From Camelus ferus (Eukaryota): a stretch of DNA of 64,000 nt. Below are positions 40,833 through 52,888 of this stretch, in pieces. The position numbers were made by a program, and so were the translations under genes. Position 1 is the stretch's first letter; each line of letters starts with the position of its first letter. The stretch spans positions 47,308,001 through 47,372,000 of the forward strand of contig NC_045696.1 in assembly GCF_009834535.1 (NCBI RefSeq), given 5' to 3'. The notes beneath the pieces are model-generated. The model worked only from the letters and a program-made list of their open reading frames with translations, did no database searches and was not told the DNA's origin.

Positions 40833-42829
40833 ACCTCTCTGGCACTGTGGTTTATGAAGTATCAGTTGTTTATTTTGGTCCTTAAGGATTTTATCTATCT
40901 AATACCTATTTAGGAATAAAACTTAGGAAAAAAAGAAAAAAAAAGAGAGAGAGAAAGAATTTTAAAAGAAGGGAGAAAGAGGGTTTGAAAACAGTGTATA
41001 ATGAATAATAGAAGAGCGAGTTGAAGCAGAGTATTAATCAGGTTGAGACGTCCTTTTAAAACCTTTACCAAAAAAAAGGGGGGGGGAGATGAATAGATGT
41101 ATTTGAAACCTGTGTCTAATCAATAACAGGACATCAAAACCCAAGAGAAATAGAAATGAATTAAGAAGTAAAAATTAAAAGAGTAACAGAAAATAGAACA
41201 GGTAAAAACAGATTTTAAAAAAAAAAGGGGGGGTGGGTTTGTCGGTGTTCTCCTGGAGTCTGTGTGCTTTTAATGTGAAGTCTTTCTGTCTTCGTCCTGT
41301 TTTGGAAGCTCAGCTTGCTGTTTTCAGAGGCCTTCCGTTGGCGCCCTCTTCTGTGCTGCTCCCAGCACCTGTCGGCAAGCGGATCGCGCCTCCTCCTAAC
41401 ACTGGGTCAGGTGCAGCTCTCTGCTGTGGGCGGGCGGGTCGCTGCCCCTCCGGATGCCGCAGTCAGATGTTGCAGACTGGCCGGGTAGGAGGGCGGGTCG
41501 TGTCCCCTCCCAGCACCTCGGTCAGGGGCTGTGTTCCTGCCCGAAAGGCGGGGGGCTGCTCTCGCTCTACCTGCGCCGCCGGTAGTTCCGCTTTCTGTGC
41601 GGCTGCGCGCTCCGCCCTGGTCAGCGCTCCGCAGGTGGGCTGGGGGAAGACCGAGGGACAGCCTTGTCCCTGCTCCGAGCCACAACCCAGCTCCTTGTTT
41701 GTCTTTGTGGAGCAAGTTCTCTGAGGGACCAGGATGGAAGGATCCTATCTGCCCCGGGCTGCAGGCCAGTCTCAGTCTGGCCTTTGCGGCTGCTAAGCCC
41801 TTAGGTGCGGATGCAGGTTTCGCCCCCGCCCCCGCCTGGGTGCTCATCGCGGAGGATATGGCGGCTGTGCCTGAGCCCCGCCTCTCTTCCCCCGAAAACT
41901 TTCCGCGGGTTTTCAGAGATGGGGTTGTGCACCCTTCCCCCGAGAGCACATCAACCTTGCTGTTTTATGGAGGGCCCAGGTTGTTCTGCCCTGTGCACCC
42001 ACAGCCACAGCGCGCAGCCCCTTGCGTTCCCCCGGGGCTGCCTCCGTGCAGCCGCCCCCGTCCTCCGCCTGGCTTGTGCAGCCTGGCCCTGCCCGCAGCT
42101 GCTGGCCCGCGTCTCAGGCTGGGTGTTGGGGGAACGCTCTGTGCCCATTTAACTTAGTTCTGTTAGTCAAGGGCTGCTCTGTACAGATCCGAGCCTCGGA
42201 GGCTCCCCCTCTGTCCTGCTGGCCTCTCAGTTGGAGAGGGGAGACCCAGCGAGCGAGCGCCAGTCCTCCTTTGCCGCTCCCTCCCCGCGGGACCCGTCCC
42301 GTGCTGCTTTGCCTTTTGTTCTTTCTTTTTTCCTTTTCTCCTACCAGATTTTTGGCGTCTTTATCATTTGAAGAGGGCGATGTTCTCTCAGAGTTCTGCA
42401 GGTGCTCTGGTTGGCTGAGTAGGTCTGTAGATGTGGGTCTTGGTGTATTTGTGGGAGAGGGTGACCTGCGAGCGTCCTTCTACTCCGCCGTCTTCTCCGT
42501 CTCCACATCATTCATTTTTATTTGCTAAGCATTTATCATATTTTGGAGACTATTCTAGGTGTTGGGGACAAAGTGGTTTACAAAATAGACAGTTCTGTCC
42601 TCATGTAACTGACAGTATAGTGAAGGTTATAGACCTTAATTAAATAATCAGTTATATCAGTAATCAACTATGAAATGTGATAAAGAGCTGTGAAGGAGGA
42701 TACAATGAACAATTTAAGTCTTTACTGGAACCCTACAGGAATCAGAAGTCTCCTTGAGGAAATAATATTTAGCTGAGATCTTAAGCATGAATTAGGCAAA
42801 GTTTATTTATGCAAATCCTTATGAAGGAT

Positions 42830-44445
42830 TACTGCTGGGCCTGACCATTGGATCCCTAAAAGTGTCAGTTTGTGGTAGTTCTTTGATTTTGTAAGGTTGA
42901 TCCTCTATCCTCTGGCATGCTTGTTTTTTACAATCTGGAAGACTTCCTGCTTCCTGTTCATTAGCATGATGTCATCAATATGGTTGGCTAGTGTTATGCT
43001 TTACAGAATGTCAGGGTGATCAAAATCCCTTTAGTCTATATTGAGAAAATTAGCATAGCTCTGAAACAAGACAAAGAATCTGTACTTCTGTCCTCTCAGA
43101 TATGTGAACTGCTGTTTATTTTCTTTACTGATGGGCAGTGGAGAGAATCCGTTTTCCAAATCATTGACACTAGAAAGCCCAGTCATCTGGCTGCATCATT
43201 TACTTTCATCCCTGGCCTATGGAGAATAACCACCACTGAGCTGCTCAAAGACACTGATGTCCTTCTCACTCTGTATTTCTTATTGTGTTAGTGGAAGGAA
43301 TGTCCTCTGGGCCTTTCCAGAGAACCTTGCCTAGTGGTGGATTCTGTGGTCTTACGTAGTGAGTCCATTCCAACATCTTTATCTCCCTGAGCTTTCTTTA
43401 ATATTCTGCCAAGAAATTTTCAACATTTCAACCTCAGTTACTAAAGGCCATTGTTACGTCCATGCTTCAAGTAGACGTCTCAACAGCATGTTAGGACTGG
43501 CTTCAGGTGTCCTTGCTAGGAAAGTAAATACTGAATTATGGGAGAGTTGTCCCATATCAATATGCACTTCCTTATCCAGCTGTATATTTGTCCATTGGTT
43601 CAACGGTCTTTACATCCACTCCCGGACAAGTTCCTACCGGTACATACTAGTCGAGTTCTACAATGCTTAAGGTGAATAAGCTTTTTCTTCCACTGTTTTC
43701 CAATTTGGGCTTTGCTTATACCTGATTTTAGATTTTTTGGTCTATAGGCAAAGAGTAGAGCTAGGGGAGGATCTTGAGAAGGAAAAACATCATCTTCTGA
43801 GACATGTACCTTAGATGGTGTTTTTGCATGGTCTGCTTGTTCCCCTGTCAGAGCCCTGATAGTACAGTAGTCCTGTTGGGTCTATGCTTTTGGTTTTTGC
43901 TGTTGTTCTACCCTTGCAATTAAATACTGGGCCTCATTTTCTGTATAGTCTGCCCTTATATTCAGAGTTGATCAGGGTTCTTTAAATGTTACCATAGTGA
44001 CCTTTTAGCTTTCCCTGGAGTATTCTTGGTTATAGTAGTAGTCCTGTTGAGGCTGTGTATTTGGTCCTCTTTAGTAGTTTTTTACACTTTGTGATTAAAT
44101 CTGGGCCTGATTTTTCAGCATAGATTATCTTTATGGCTGTAGGAGATGAGGGTCTCTTTAAATGCTGCCCATAGAGGCCTCTGTCTTTCATTGTGTCCTG
44201 AGTTAACAATAGTTGGCTGACCTGTGCCTGTCATTCTTTCTTCAAGGCTTCCAAGACAGTAAACAAAAGCCAACCAACTCTACAATCCCTTTAATTACCA
44301 TGGCCCCCATACTGTTCAAGCTTGAACTACTACATAATTTATTGCCTTCCCTTCCACCTGTATTTCATCCCCATCTACCACAGGTGAGAGTCCTGGTGTT
44401 TGTATTTCTATAGCATGCCAGAGGTTATCACCATCCTGCTTATCA
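42830..44445 (-). mobile_element. Degenerate ERV-L-class internal region: gag plus a reverse-transcriptase fragment
   Basis: Broken minus-strand frames read DCRVGWLLFTVLEALK, AFKETLISYS, DMGQLSHNSVFTFLAR, QWPLVTEVEMLKISWQ, MLEWTHYVRP, GPEDIPSTNTIRN (ERV-L gag-like), then DLENGFSPLPISKENKQQF and ITLANHIDDIML, LLGIQWSG (ERV-L RT-like). Confidence 0.8.
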
Positions 44446-44548
44446 GAAAAAAAAAAAAGAAAGAAAATGGGTTACTTCTTGTCTTATTGGTAAACTATCT
44501 AGTTACAAAGTCTCATTCAAACTAACTTTATTTTAAAATTCTTTGCAG

Positions 44549-44663
44549 ATATAATGGAGGACTGCTAGAATTTCATAAAAGCTTACAAGAAATAGGAGAT
44601 ACAGATGATCATTGGTTTGACATAGATCCTACGGAAGATGAAGATTTACCTACAACTTTTAAA
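44549..44663 (+). CDS. DZIP3: DZIP3 exon 8
   Basis: 115 nt, (R)YNGGLLEFHKSLQEIGDTDDHWFDIDPTEDEDLPTTFK, AG/GT. Confidence 0.96.
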
Positions 44664-44989
44664 GTAAGAAATTATTGAAGAATAACATTTCATCTGTGGC
44701 TAATCAGAATCATCTTTGATAAAGTACAGTTTATGCTAACTATCATTCTATAGGAAACACGTTCTTTTATTGGACATTAGCTTTTTATATAAGAAACAAC
44801 CTTGATTCCATTATTTAGTGCAGAATGTGCAACAAGTAGAGAGAAGTGAGGAGGCTGTGTCAGCATTTCCAAATAACAAGAAGATTAAAAGATGTACCAG
44901 TTCAGTACTTCAAATGGTTAGAGCTAAATGTAATAGTTAACTTCTTTTTTGTAATTATGTTTACCATTATTTTGTTGTTGATTTGAATT

Positions 44990-47100
44990 TTAAAAGTACT
45001 AAATGCTTACTTCAGAAATCTTGAAAAATGTAAAAATGCCAAAGATGAAAGTAAAATTCATCCATATATTTCTTCAAATGGAGAAAACATTGTTGGTGTT
45101 TTCATGTATGTCTTTCCATACATACATGTACACATACATGTGTTTAATACTCTTATTTTTAGTAAACTGGTATGATATATGCATTGATTTGTAATATGAG
45201 AATGTATATTATTGTGAATTTCCCATTGAGTAGACTATTATACAGTATAATTTTTTCATAGTCCATTATAAAACTGTTCTTAAATTTGCTTAACCAGTTC
45301 CCTGCCATTGAACATTTAGTTTATTCTAAAAATTGTTGCTTTTCTCTATTATGGAAAGTGATCTGTTTGTATTTCTCTCATCATTCCCTTAGTAAAAATA
45401 TTTAAAGGTGGAATTGTGAAGTAAATATTTACACACTTGTAAAGTTATTTGTATATATCTCATTTTCTTCTAGAAAGCTTGTACCAGTTTATATTCTTAA
45501 GACAGAGCATGAGAGTTTCCATTTCTCCATACCCTCTGGACGTTCTTTACTTTTTGGGTAATTTTTACCCATCTGATAAACTGTAGTGGTCACTTTTTAT
45601 TTGTTTAATATGAAAATAGCTACACTAGGTTTCTCTTGATTGGTATTTGAATGATATAATGACATACCTTCTAAACTTTTACTTTAAACCTTTCTGGATC
45701 CTTCTATTTTAGCTGACTTTAAGGCCAAACACATTCCTCAAAATAAAGAGGGATGTTTATAAAAATAAAAAAATTTAATTTTCTAGGAGGCTATAACAAC
45801 TCAAAATTTGTATATACCTAATAATATAGCCTCAAAGCATTTGGGGCAAAAACTGATAGAACTAAAAAGAGAAATAGAACACTCCCAATTTCAGTAGCAT
45901 ATTTTAATATACCTCTCTCAGTAATCAATAGAATAAGCAGACAATTTTTGATGTTTGCCAGGATAATCAAATGACTTTTAACTTTGACTTAATAAAGTCA
46001 TAATTTTATACATTTAAAAAAATACTGAATTTCTGTGTTTACCTGAAGCAGTCCCTACTTGGTCTTGGTTTTCTCTCTTTTCCCTCTATTTTTAAAATAT
46101 TTTTCTTTCTTCAACTTTTTGTGGTGAAATTTTATTTTATGCAAAGTGATACATGTATGCAGTTTGTCAAATAATATTACAAGTCTTAAAAATTAATAGT
46201 CTGTGGTTCATTGTCTCTCATTGTAGTTCCTGACTATAGATAACTTCTTCCAACCCTCTAGGCATTTTCCTTTGATATTTACCTATTTTTTTTAAAGCTC
46301 TACTGCTATTTTAAAAATTTCTCCATTTTAGATATTATCTTTTGATTTCCCTCTGTGGCAGATGAGGGTTTAGTAGCTCCGTTATACATCTCCTTCACAC
46401 ACATACTTTTCTTCCCCCATCCTACAAACAGTTATAAGTATTTATTAAATTAGCCTTAGAGTTTCCTTTTACTCTGTTCCTGGGAGTACCCTTCACCTCT
46501 CTCCTGTGTAGATCCTCTATTTTTTGGATCTCAAGTTTTCCTCTTTCTAGGTATACTCCCTTGTTTTGGTGGTATAACTCATCCAGCAGCTTCCTAGAAG
46601 AGGGTGCTTGCTTGGGAGGTAAATTTTTTGAGACTCTTCAAGTTTCAAAATAATTTATCCTTCATATACTTTATTTATACCTTGCCTGGGCATAGCATTA
46701 TAGGTTGAAAATCATTCTCCTTCAGTTTTTAAAATTGTGTTTTTGTTATCTTCTAGCTTCCAATAGTAGTACTTTTGGGAAATCAGATGGTGTTCTGATT
46801 CTGTCTTTTGCTTGTAACCTGTTTGGTTTTTTTTTTTTTTTTTTTTCTTTCTTTCTGGTAATTTTTAGGGTATTCTCTGTATCCCTAGTGTTTTGAATTT
46901 ATGTTTTTTGGTTCTGAATGTGTTTTTTTGGTTTACATTTTATTTATTTGATGACTTCTTCATTTTCTCTTTTCTTTTTGAAATGTTTGTTATTCAGATA
47001 TTTGACATCCTGGACTGAATTTCTGATTTTATTTCTTTGCCAATTTTTAGTTTTCGTCTTTTTGTTCCGCTTTCTAGGAGATTTTCTTAACTACATCTTT
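44990..47100 (-). mobile_element. Patchwork of ancient L1M/L1ME fragments
   Basis: ttgtaccagtttatattc, gagagtttccatttctccatac, ttttgagactct; orientation is mixed around 45740-45950. Confidence 0.5.
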
Positions 47101-47789
47101 CTACATAGAGCTAATATTCAGCCAGTGTACACTAGTGCTATCATATTAGTTGTTATAATGTTAAAATATTTCCATACTGCTTGGAAAATAGTTGCTACTT
47201 TGAAAATAGTTGTGTAACCAGCCACTATTCCAGCTGCCCCGGACTCTTCTCCAGCCCTCTCTCCCCATACTTCTCTAAAATCCTATAATTAAAGTTTAAT
47301 GTCTAATAAAGCAGAGTGCTTCTATGATCCTGCTTAGGCTCTAGGCTGACATGTTCTTAATTGGTGCCTCTGCCTGTCAGCCCACCAAAGTCCTACTTCC
47401 CAGACATTGTAATTAGTTTTTCTAAGGGAACTTACAGGGCTGGCCTGTACCCCTTTATCTGGCACTGAGGAATTTCAGGTGAGTACCACCAGAGGACTGC
47501 CCTGCCCCAATTGCTCCTATCCTCATATGTGTCCTTAGATGAGCTCACCTTGTTGTTGGGTTATTATACAGTATAATTTTTTCATAGTTCATCATAAAAC
47601 TGTGCTTTAATTTGCTTAACCAACACCCATATATACTAGCACCCTAGCAGGGCAGTGTCCTTTCATGTGGTTATTATTTTCAACATTACCCTTGTTTCTA
47701 TTGAATTTTTAATTTCAGTGATTATTTCAGCTATCATCCACCAAAAGTTTTCTTGTAATGAATTTTTTTAAAATAACATCCTGTCCTTT

Positions 47790-49030
47790 TTTCATGCACA
47801 ATGTATTAGACGTAAAAGTCAGCCAGGTCATGTAAGCCTTTGTAAGCCAAGTAAGGAGCTCAGACTCTGTCTTGAGGGTAACGTGAAACCCCTCAAAACT
47901 TTTAAACAGTTGGATGATATAATCAAATTGTAGTACCATACAAGTTACAGAATTTAGGACTTTGAATAGTTTCTGTATTTACAGTAAGGGAGGAGTTAAG
48001 AAAGTAAAAACTAAAGCTAATAAAATAGTTATAAATTGTAGTGTTCTAAAGAAAAACAAGGAACTGGGACAGAGAAAATGGAGAACACACAGACACACAT
48101 GTATATCTGCATATATCCATATTTATATATATGTATATAATACATAATGCTTATCTGTGTCTGTGTAGTGGTTAGAAAAGGCCTCTCTGGGAGGTGATGT
48201 TTAAGCTGAAGCAGCAGGTTGATAATGGAACTAACTGTAAAGAGTAGGGGAAGAGCATTCTAAGGTAAATGAGATTGAGTGTGAAAAGGCCCTTAGGCCA
48301 TGGAGACCAAGTTTGAGGAACTTAAAGTATAAAATCATGTGACTTCTGTAGTGAGTAAGGCTAGAGTTGAATTTAAAGAGATGGACAAGAGATGGCTGAG
48401 TATACTGGGTTCAAATTCTGCAGTTTGCAGTCAGTCCTTGGTAAGGGTTCTGGATTTTGTTTTAGGTAGTGGGAAGCCATTGAAGGGTTTTAAGCAAGGA
48501 ACTGACGTGATCTTGTGCTTCTCTGTAGAGAGTGCTTTGGAGCACAATAGGCAGGGAAGAGGGGAACCAATTAGACAGTTGTTATAGTCAGTAATCTAGG
48601 TAAGACATGGAGTGGTAGAATGGAGAGAGAATTAGAAGAGTTGGCAATATATTTTGGGAGAAGACTCAACAGTACTTGCTAATATATTGCATGCAAAGGG
48701 TGTTGGAATAGTTTTGCAATGGATGACTTCAAGATTGTTGGCTTGAAGCTGAGTAGATTGTGGTAAATGAGACTATGGAAGTCCCATGAGGACTAAGTAT
48801 TAACCTGCCTAGTTCACTGCTTTATCCTTAACACCCATAACATTCCTTGACATCCATAACAACCTGGCCCATAACAGGCACTCAGTAAATATTTGTTGAA
48901 TGAATGAGTATCAGTGGCTGGGGTCAGAAGATGAGGAGTAAGGAACAAGGAACAGATTTGGTAGGAATAATATTGATCAATAGATCAATATTGAACTGTT
49001 AAGTGTTAGATATGTGAAATCACAGTAGTT
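47790..49030. mobile_element. L2 LINE remnants
   Basis: gggaagccattgaagggttttaagcag, caggcactcagtaaatatttgttgaatgaatg (L2 3' end). Confidence 0.65.
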
Positions 49031-49892
49031 ATACACAGTTAGGAGTCCTGTTCTTTTGTTTTCAGCACCTCCACTTGACTGTTGGCTATTCTGACAGGAC
49101 ATACTACTTTCATACTGATAGGTCCTTGAGTTCTTCTCCTTTATTTCTCTCTTATCTTGATATTCAAAATTTCCTTGTCAACTAAGTCAAAACATTTTTA
49201 TTCTGTATAAAATTGTGAATGTCATTGAGAAATGTTATGAATGCTGACTTGATTCATAAAATAATCTACAGAGGCTTAGTTATCATGTTGTATACCTTCA
49301 GTGTGTAAGAGTATGTCCCCGTAAGGGACAGTATTAAGAACCTGTTTAACTTAGACTTTATATTGTGTTTATAAACCTTTAATCAGCATTCTAAAATAGG
49401 AAATTACATTCCAAGTTGTAACTCTGAACACTGAAAACATATTTCTGTACCCTACTTCTGCCCATTCTGGCATTGAGCAGCCTGTTGTATCACTATAGTC
49501 ATCTCACTGCCAATAGGGTGTCCTGGGGGCCACTTCTAGCAAGGACATCTGAATTTCCAATGATTTGTTGTCTCTCTGTTATATCAGAGCAAGTAATTCT
49601 TGATAGGAACATGCTAGGTGTTATGCTATGAGTTAGAATGGTGACTAGATGTATAGCTTCAAACAGACTTTTTTCTTTCTCCTTGTTCATATTCAATAAG
49701 AAATCTAGTGTTTCTCATTTAGGGCCTTTCTATATATTGTTTACTCTGAATGAGAAATAAGTTCTATGACTATTTTAAAAAAAATACAACACTTTCATAA
49801 AAGGATGTAAAATGGACATATCACTTAAGGTAAAATCTTGGAAATATTTTTATTACTAATTCATGAGATATATTTTTATTTTTAAAATTTAG

Positions 49893-50012
49893 GATCTTCT
49901 TAATAATTTCATCAAGACAACTGAGGGTAATATAATGAAGCAGACCATTTGCAGTTACCTAGATTGTGAGCGATCTTGTGAAGCTGACATTTTAAAGAAC
50001 ACCAATTATAAG
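49893..50012 (+). CDS. DZIP3: DZIP3 exon 9
   Basis: 120 nt, DLLNNFIKTTEGNIMKQTICSYLDCERSCEADILKNTNYK. Confidence 0.96.
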
Positions 50013-51390
50013 GTATTATAATTATCAAATAACTTTAAAAAAGTTTTTAATTGTAAAATTGAAATTAGATAAAAATTGTTACACTATCATGTATCAAAAT
50101 ATTGTTTAAAAAGAGTATAATTACAGTGATAATGCAATTGAGAGGTTGCTTGAATATTTCTGAGAACTTAAGATTCATAGTGATCAAGACTTACTTATAG
50201 TCTGTGAATCAATAAAATAATGAATTGGCTTTGCTAAGGTTTTTGTAATATTCAAGTGTCTCTGAAGTTATAATAAATATTTCTGCAATTATACAGTGGA
50301 AATTATCTAAAATATTCTCTATAGTTAGAAATGTTATAGGTTGAGAATGTTGGCATTTTACTAAGGAGAAAGGTTGTCACTCCTCAAGAAGTATGTTAAT
50401 AAGTAAGGGTCATTATTTCTTCTGTGCACCTTAGGCAGGGGTGGAGTACACAACACATAACTAGCCTTGATTTGAAGAAATGTGACAATCAAAGTACTTC
50501 AAGCCTGGTTCTCTCTGGATCTGTCAGAATAAGACTGTGGGAAATCACAAGATAGGTTGAGATCTGACCATCAGTGCAAATCTGACACCACTTCTATGAG
50601 ACAATAGAAATCTGAGTTGAAAGGCATGATGTATAAGCAAATGAGGTAGACGAGGAAGAGAAGAAAGCCAGGATCTATTCATTAGGGTAAGACAGGTATT
50701 GGGAAGTGTGGACCTGGTGAAATGCAGTGTTTGGGACAGGATAAGTTCAGTCCTAGTTTAGGTGACATGGTGATATGGTCCTGTGGTTTCCCAGGGAGGC
50801 ATCAGGGTTCTAGCCAAATGTATACCGTGTAGCAGCAGGAAGTCTTGGCCACAAAATTTAGATTTTTGTCATCCAAGAGATGTACCCATATAAAGGAAGC
50901 AGGACTGTAGTTCCCAGGGAGGGAACACAGGGAAGGGCAAGAAATCTATACCTTGGGGTAATGCAGTAGCTCAGGAGCCACTTATCACCAAGACAGCAAA
51001 TCTTAGGTCTAGTGATTGGTGACAGAGGAGTTTGGGGGAATAATTGTATTGAATTGGGGCCGAAGGAAAAGAGAAATGTAAAACTTGAGATGAAGTGGGA
51101 GTAGACAGCATGTTCCTCTACAAAGATCACTCAGTGAGTTTCTGATATTTTGTTATATATAGCATATGAAAAATATTAGTTGTATAAGTTCTTGCCTATT
51201 TTTCTGTCTTTAGTGATGAAAAAATGACTTACATAGTTCTTTGATTACCAGTGATCTGTTGATAAATTTTCAGTGCCATGTAAAACTCATCTAGTTACAG
51301 AATAATTTAAAAAGTGACTTAAGGTGGTATTTTCTATATCTACATGGATTATCATTTTCATATAAACAGTTTATTTTTATTATTTTCCAG

Positions 51391-51492
51391 GGATTTTTTC
51401 AGTTAATGTGCAGTAAAAGCTGTTGTGTTTATTTCCATAAAATTTGTTGGAAAAAGTTTAAGAATTTAAAATATCCAGGTGAAAATGATCAG
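51391..51492 (+). CDS. DZIP3: DZIP3 exon 10 (Cys/His-rich TTC3/DZIP3-type region)
   Basis: 102 nt, GFFQLMCSKSCCVYFHKICWKKFKNLKYPGENDQ. Confidence 0.96.
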
Positions 51493-52107
51493 GTAATATA
51501 TTTATTCTTCCTTAAAAACTACTACAGCAATTTCCTCATCTGCACTTAATCCTCTTTTTTCCTCTTCCCCTTTCATCTTTCTGTTTACATCCTTTCTCCT
51601 TTTTTTACTCCCTCCATTTTTCTTTCCCTGTTCTCTCTGATACTTTTCTTCTCAATATTTGTTCATCATCACCATTTGTTAAATAGGTCTTTGTAGGAAA
51701 TACCACTGTTAGTTGCTTTGCTTATTTATTTCTATTAATTTGTTATCCTCCCTTTAGAAGTTTATACACAAGAATAGAAATTGTTGCTTATATTCACATA
51801 AAATTCATAGAATCAAAGATAGAAGTGCTTAATAAAAAGGACAACTATACCAATTTTAGGGTAAGTTATATTTTAAGGGTATAGAGCAGTGGTACATTTT
51901 ATAGTCTTCAAAAACAAATTTATATTATTTATATTTACCTGAAGTCATATAACTAAATTGAATTCTTTGCCACGAAAATCGAAGTAGAAATTCAAAGCCC
52001 AGTTCTATATTAATTACTCTTCAGTGAGCTAATGGCCTTAAGTTAGATCTATAACATTTGGTTCTAGAGTGTTTACATTGTGCAAACAACAGAGAAACCC
52101 TAAACCA

Positions 52108-52330
52108 ACTGTGGTAGAATAGAGAAAGCATTGTATATGGAGTTGGGAGATCAGAGGTCAAGTCCAGATTGAGCCAACTTGTTTTTTTATACTAGGATGA
52201 GACTCATTTTTCTAAGCTGTAAAGTGAGGATAGTAATACCTACTTCATAAGGTTGTTGTGAGGAGTAACAGATAAAACAGATGAACTTGCATTGTACATT
52301 GTAAAAATCATTATGTAAGGCACTATTATT
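52108..52330 (+). mobile_element. MIR SINE
   Basis: ctgtaaagtgaggatagtaatacctacttcataaggttgttgtgagg. Confidence 0.75.
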
Positions 52331-52888
52331 CATTTTTTAAGCAGTGTGTAAATACTTTTCAGTTTCTTTGATTGTTAGGGCAGTCAATGTTGCTCAACTT
52401 TAGAAAGAGAAGTGAAAAAAAAGACCAAGTAACTTAACCAGAGGAAATATCAGGATCAGAAGATAGGAAAAGGACTCAACATTTTTATACTTTCTTTTTC
52501 CCTGGAATCTTTATATCTGATAGAAATTCAGTATTCCTTTTTTGCACTTACTTAGTTAGTATATTTTACTTGAAGTTGCTTTCACTGGGGGTAGCAAGTA
52601 CATTTTAGATTATAATATAACTACTTAAAGATTTTGCAATAGGAACTATGAGAGAAAAGTGTTAGTATACATTTTAAATAGGAAATCCGTTGATAAAAGA
52701 AATGAACTATCTTTAAACAGCTAACTCTCAAATGTTTATTCAGATCTTTTGTTTTACCATCCTGCATCATCTGCTTCTAACTTTATTTAAATATAATCAG
52801 ATTTGCACCTCACTGGGTTTTTTCTAATTTTATTATTTGTATTTTTTTCTATTGATCATTTATTATTTTTTTCTATTGGTAACTTTAG

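Larger units (their letters stand above)
35401..42505 (-). mobile_element. Full-length LINE-1 (~7.1 kb), young and probably a camelid family, antisense in DZIP3 intron 7
   Basis: GC-rich 5'UTR, ORF1, spacer, ORF2 (EN, RT with YADD, C-domain), 3'UTR, AATAAA (tttatt 35412-35417) and a short A tail; flanked by the TSD catcattcattttt at 35387-35400 and 42506-42519. Confidence 0.97.
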
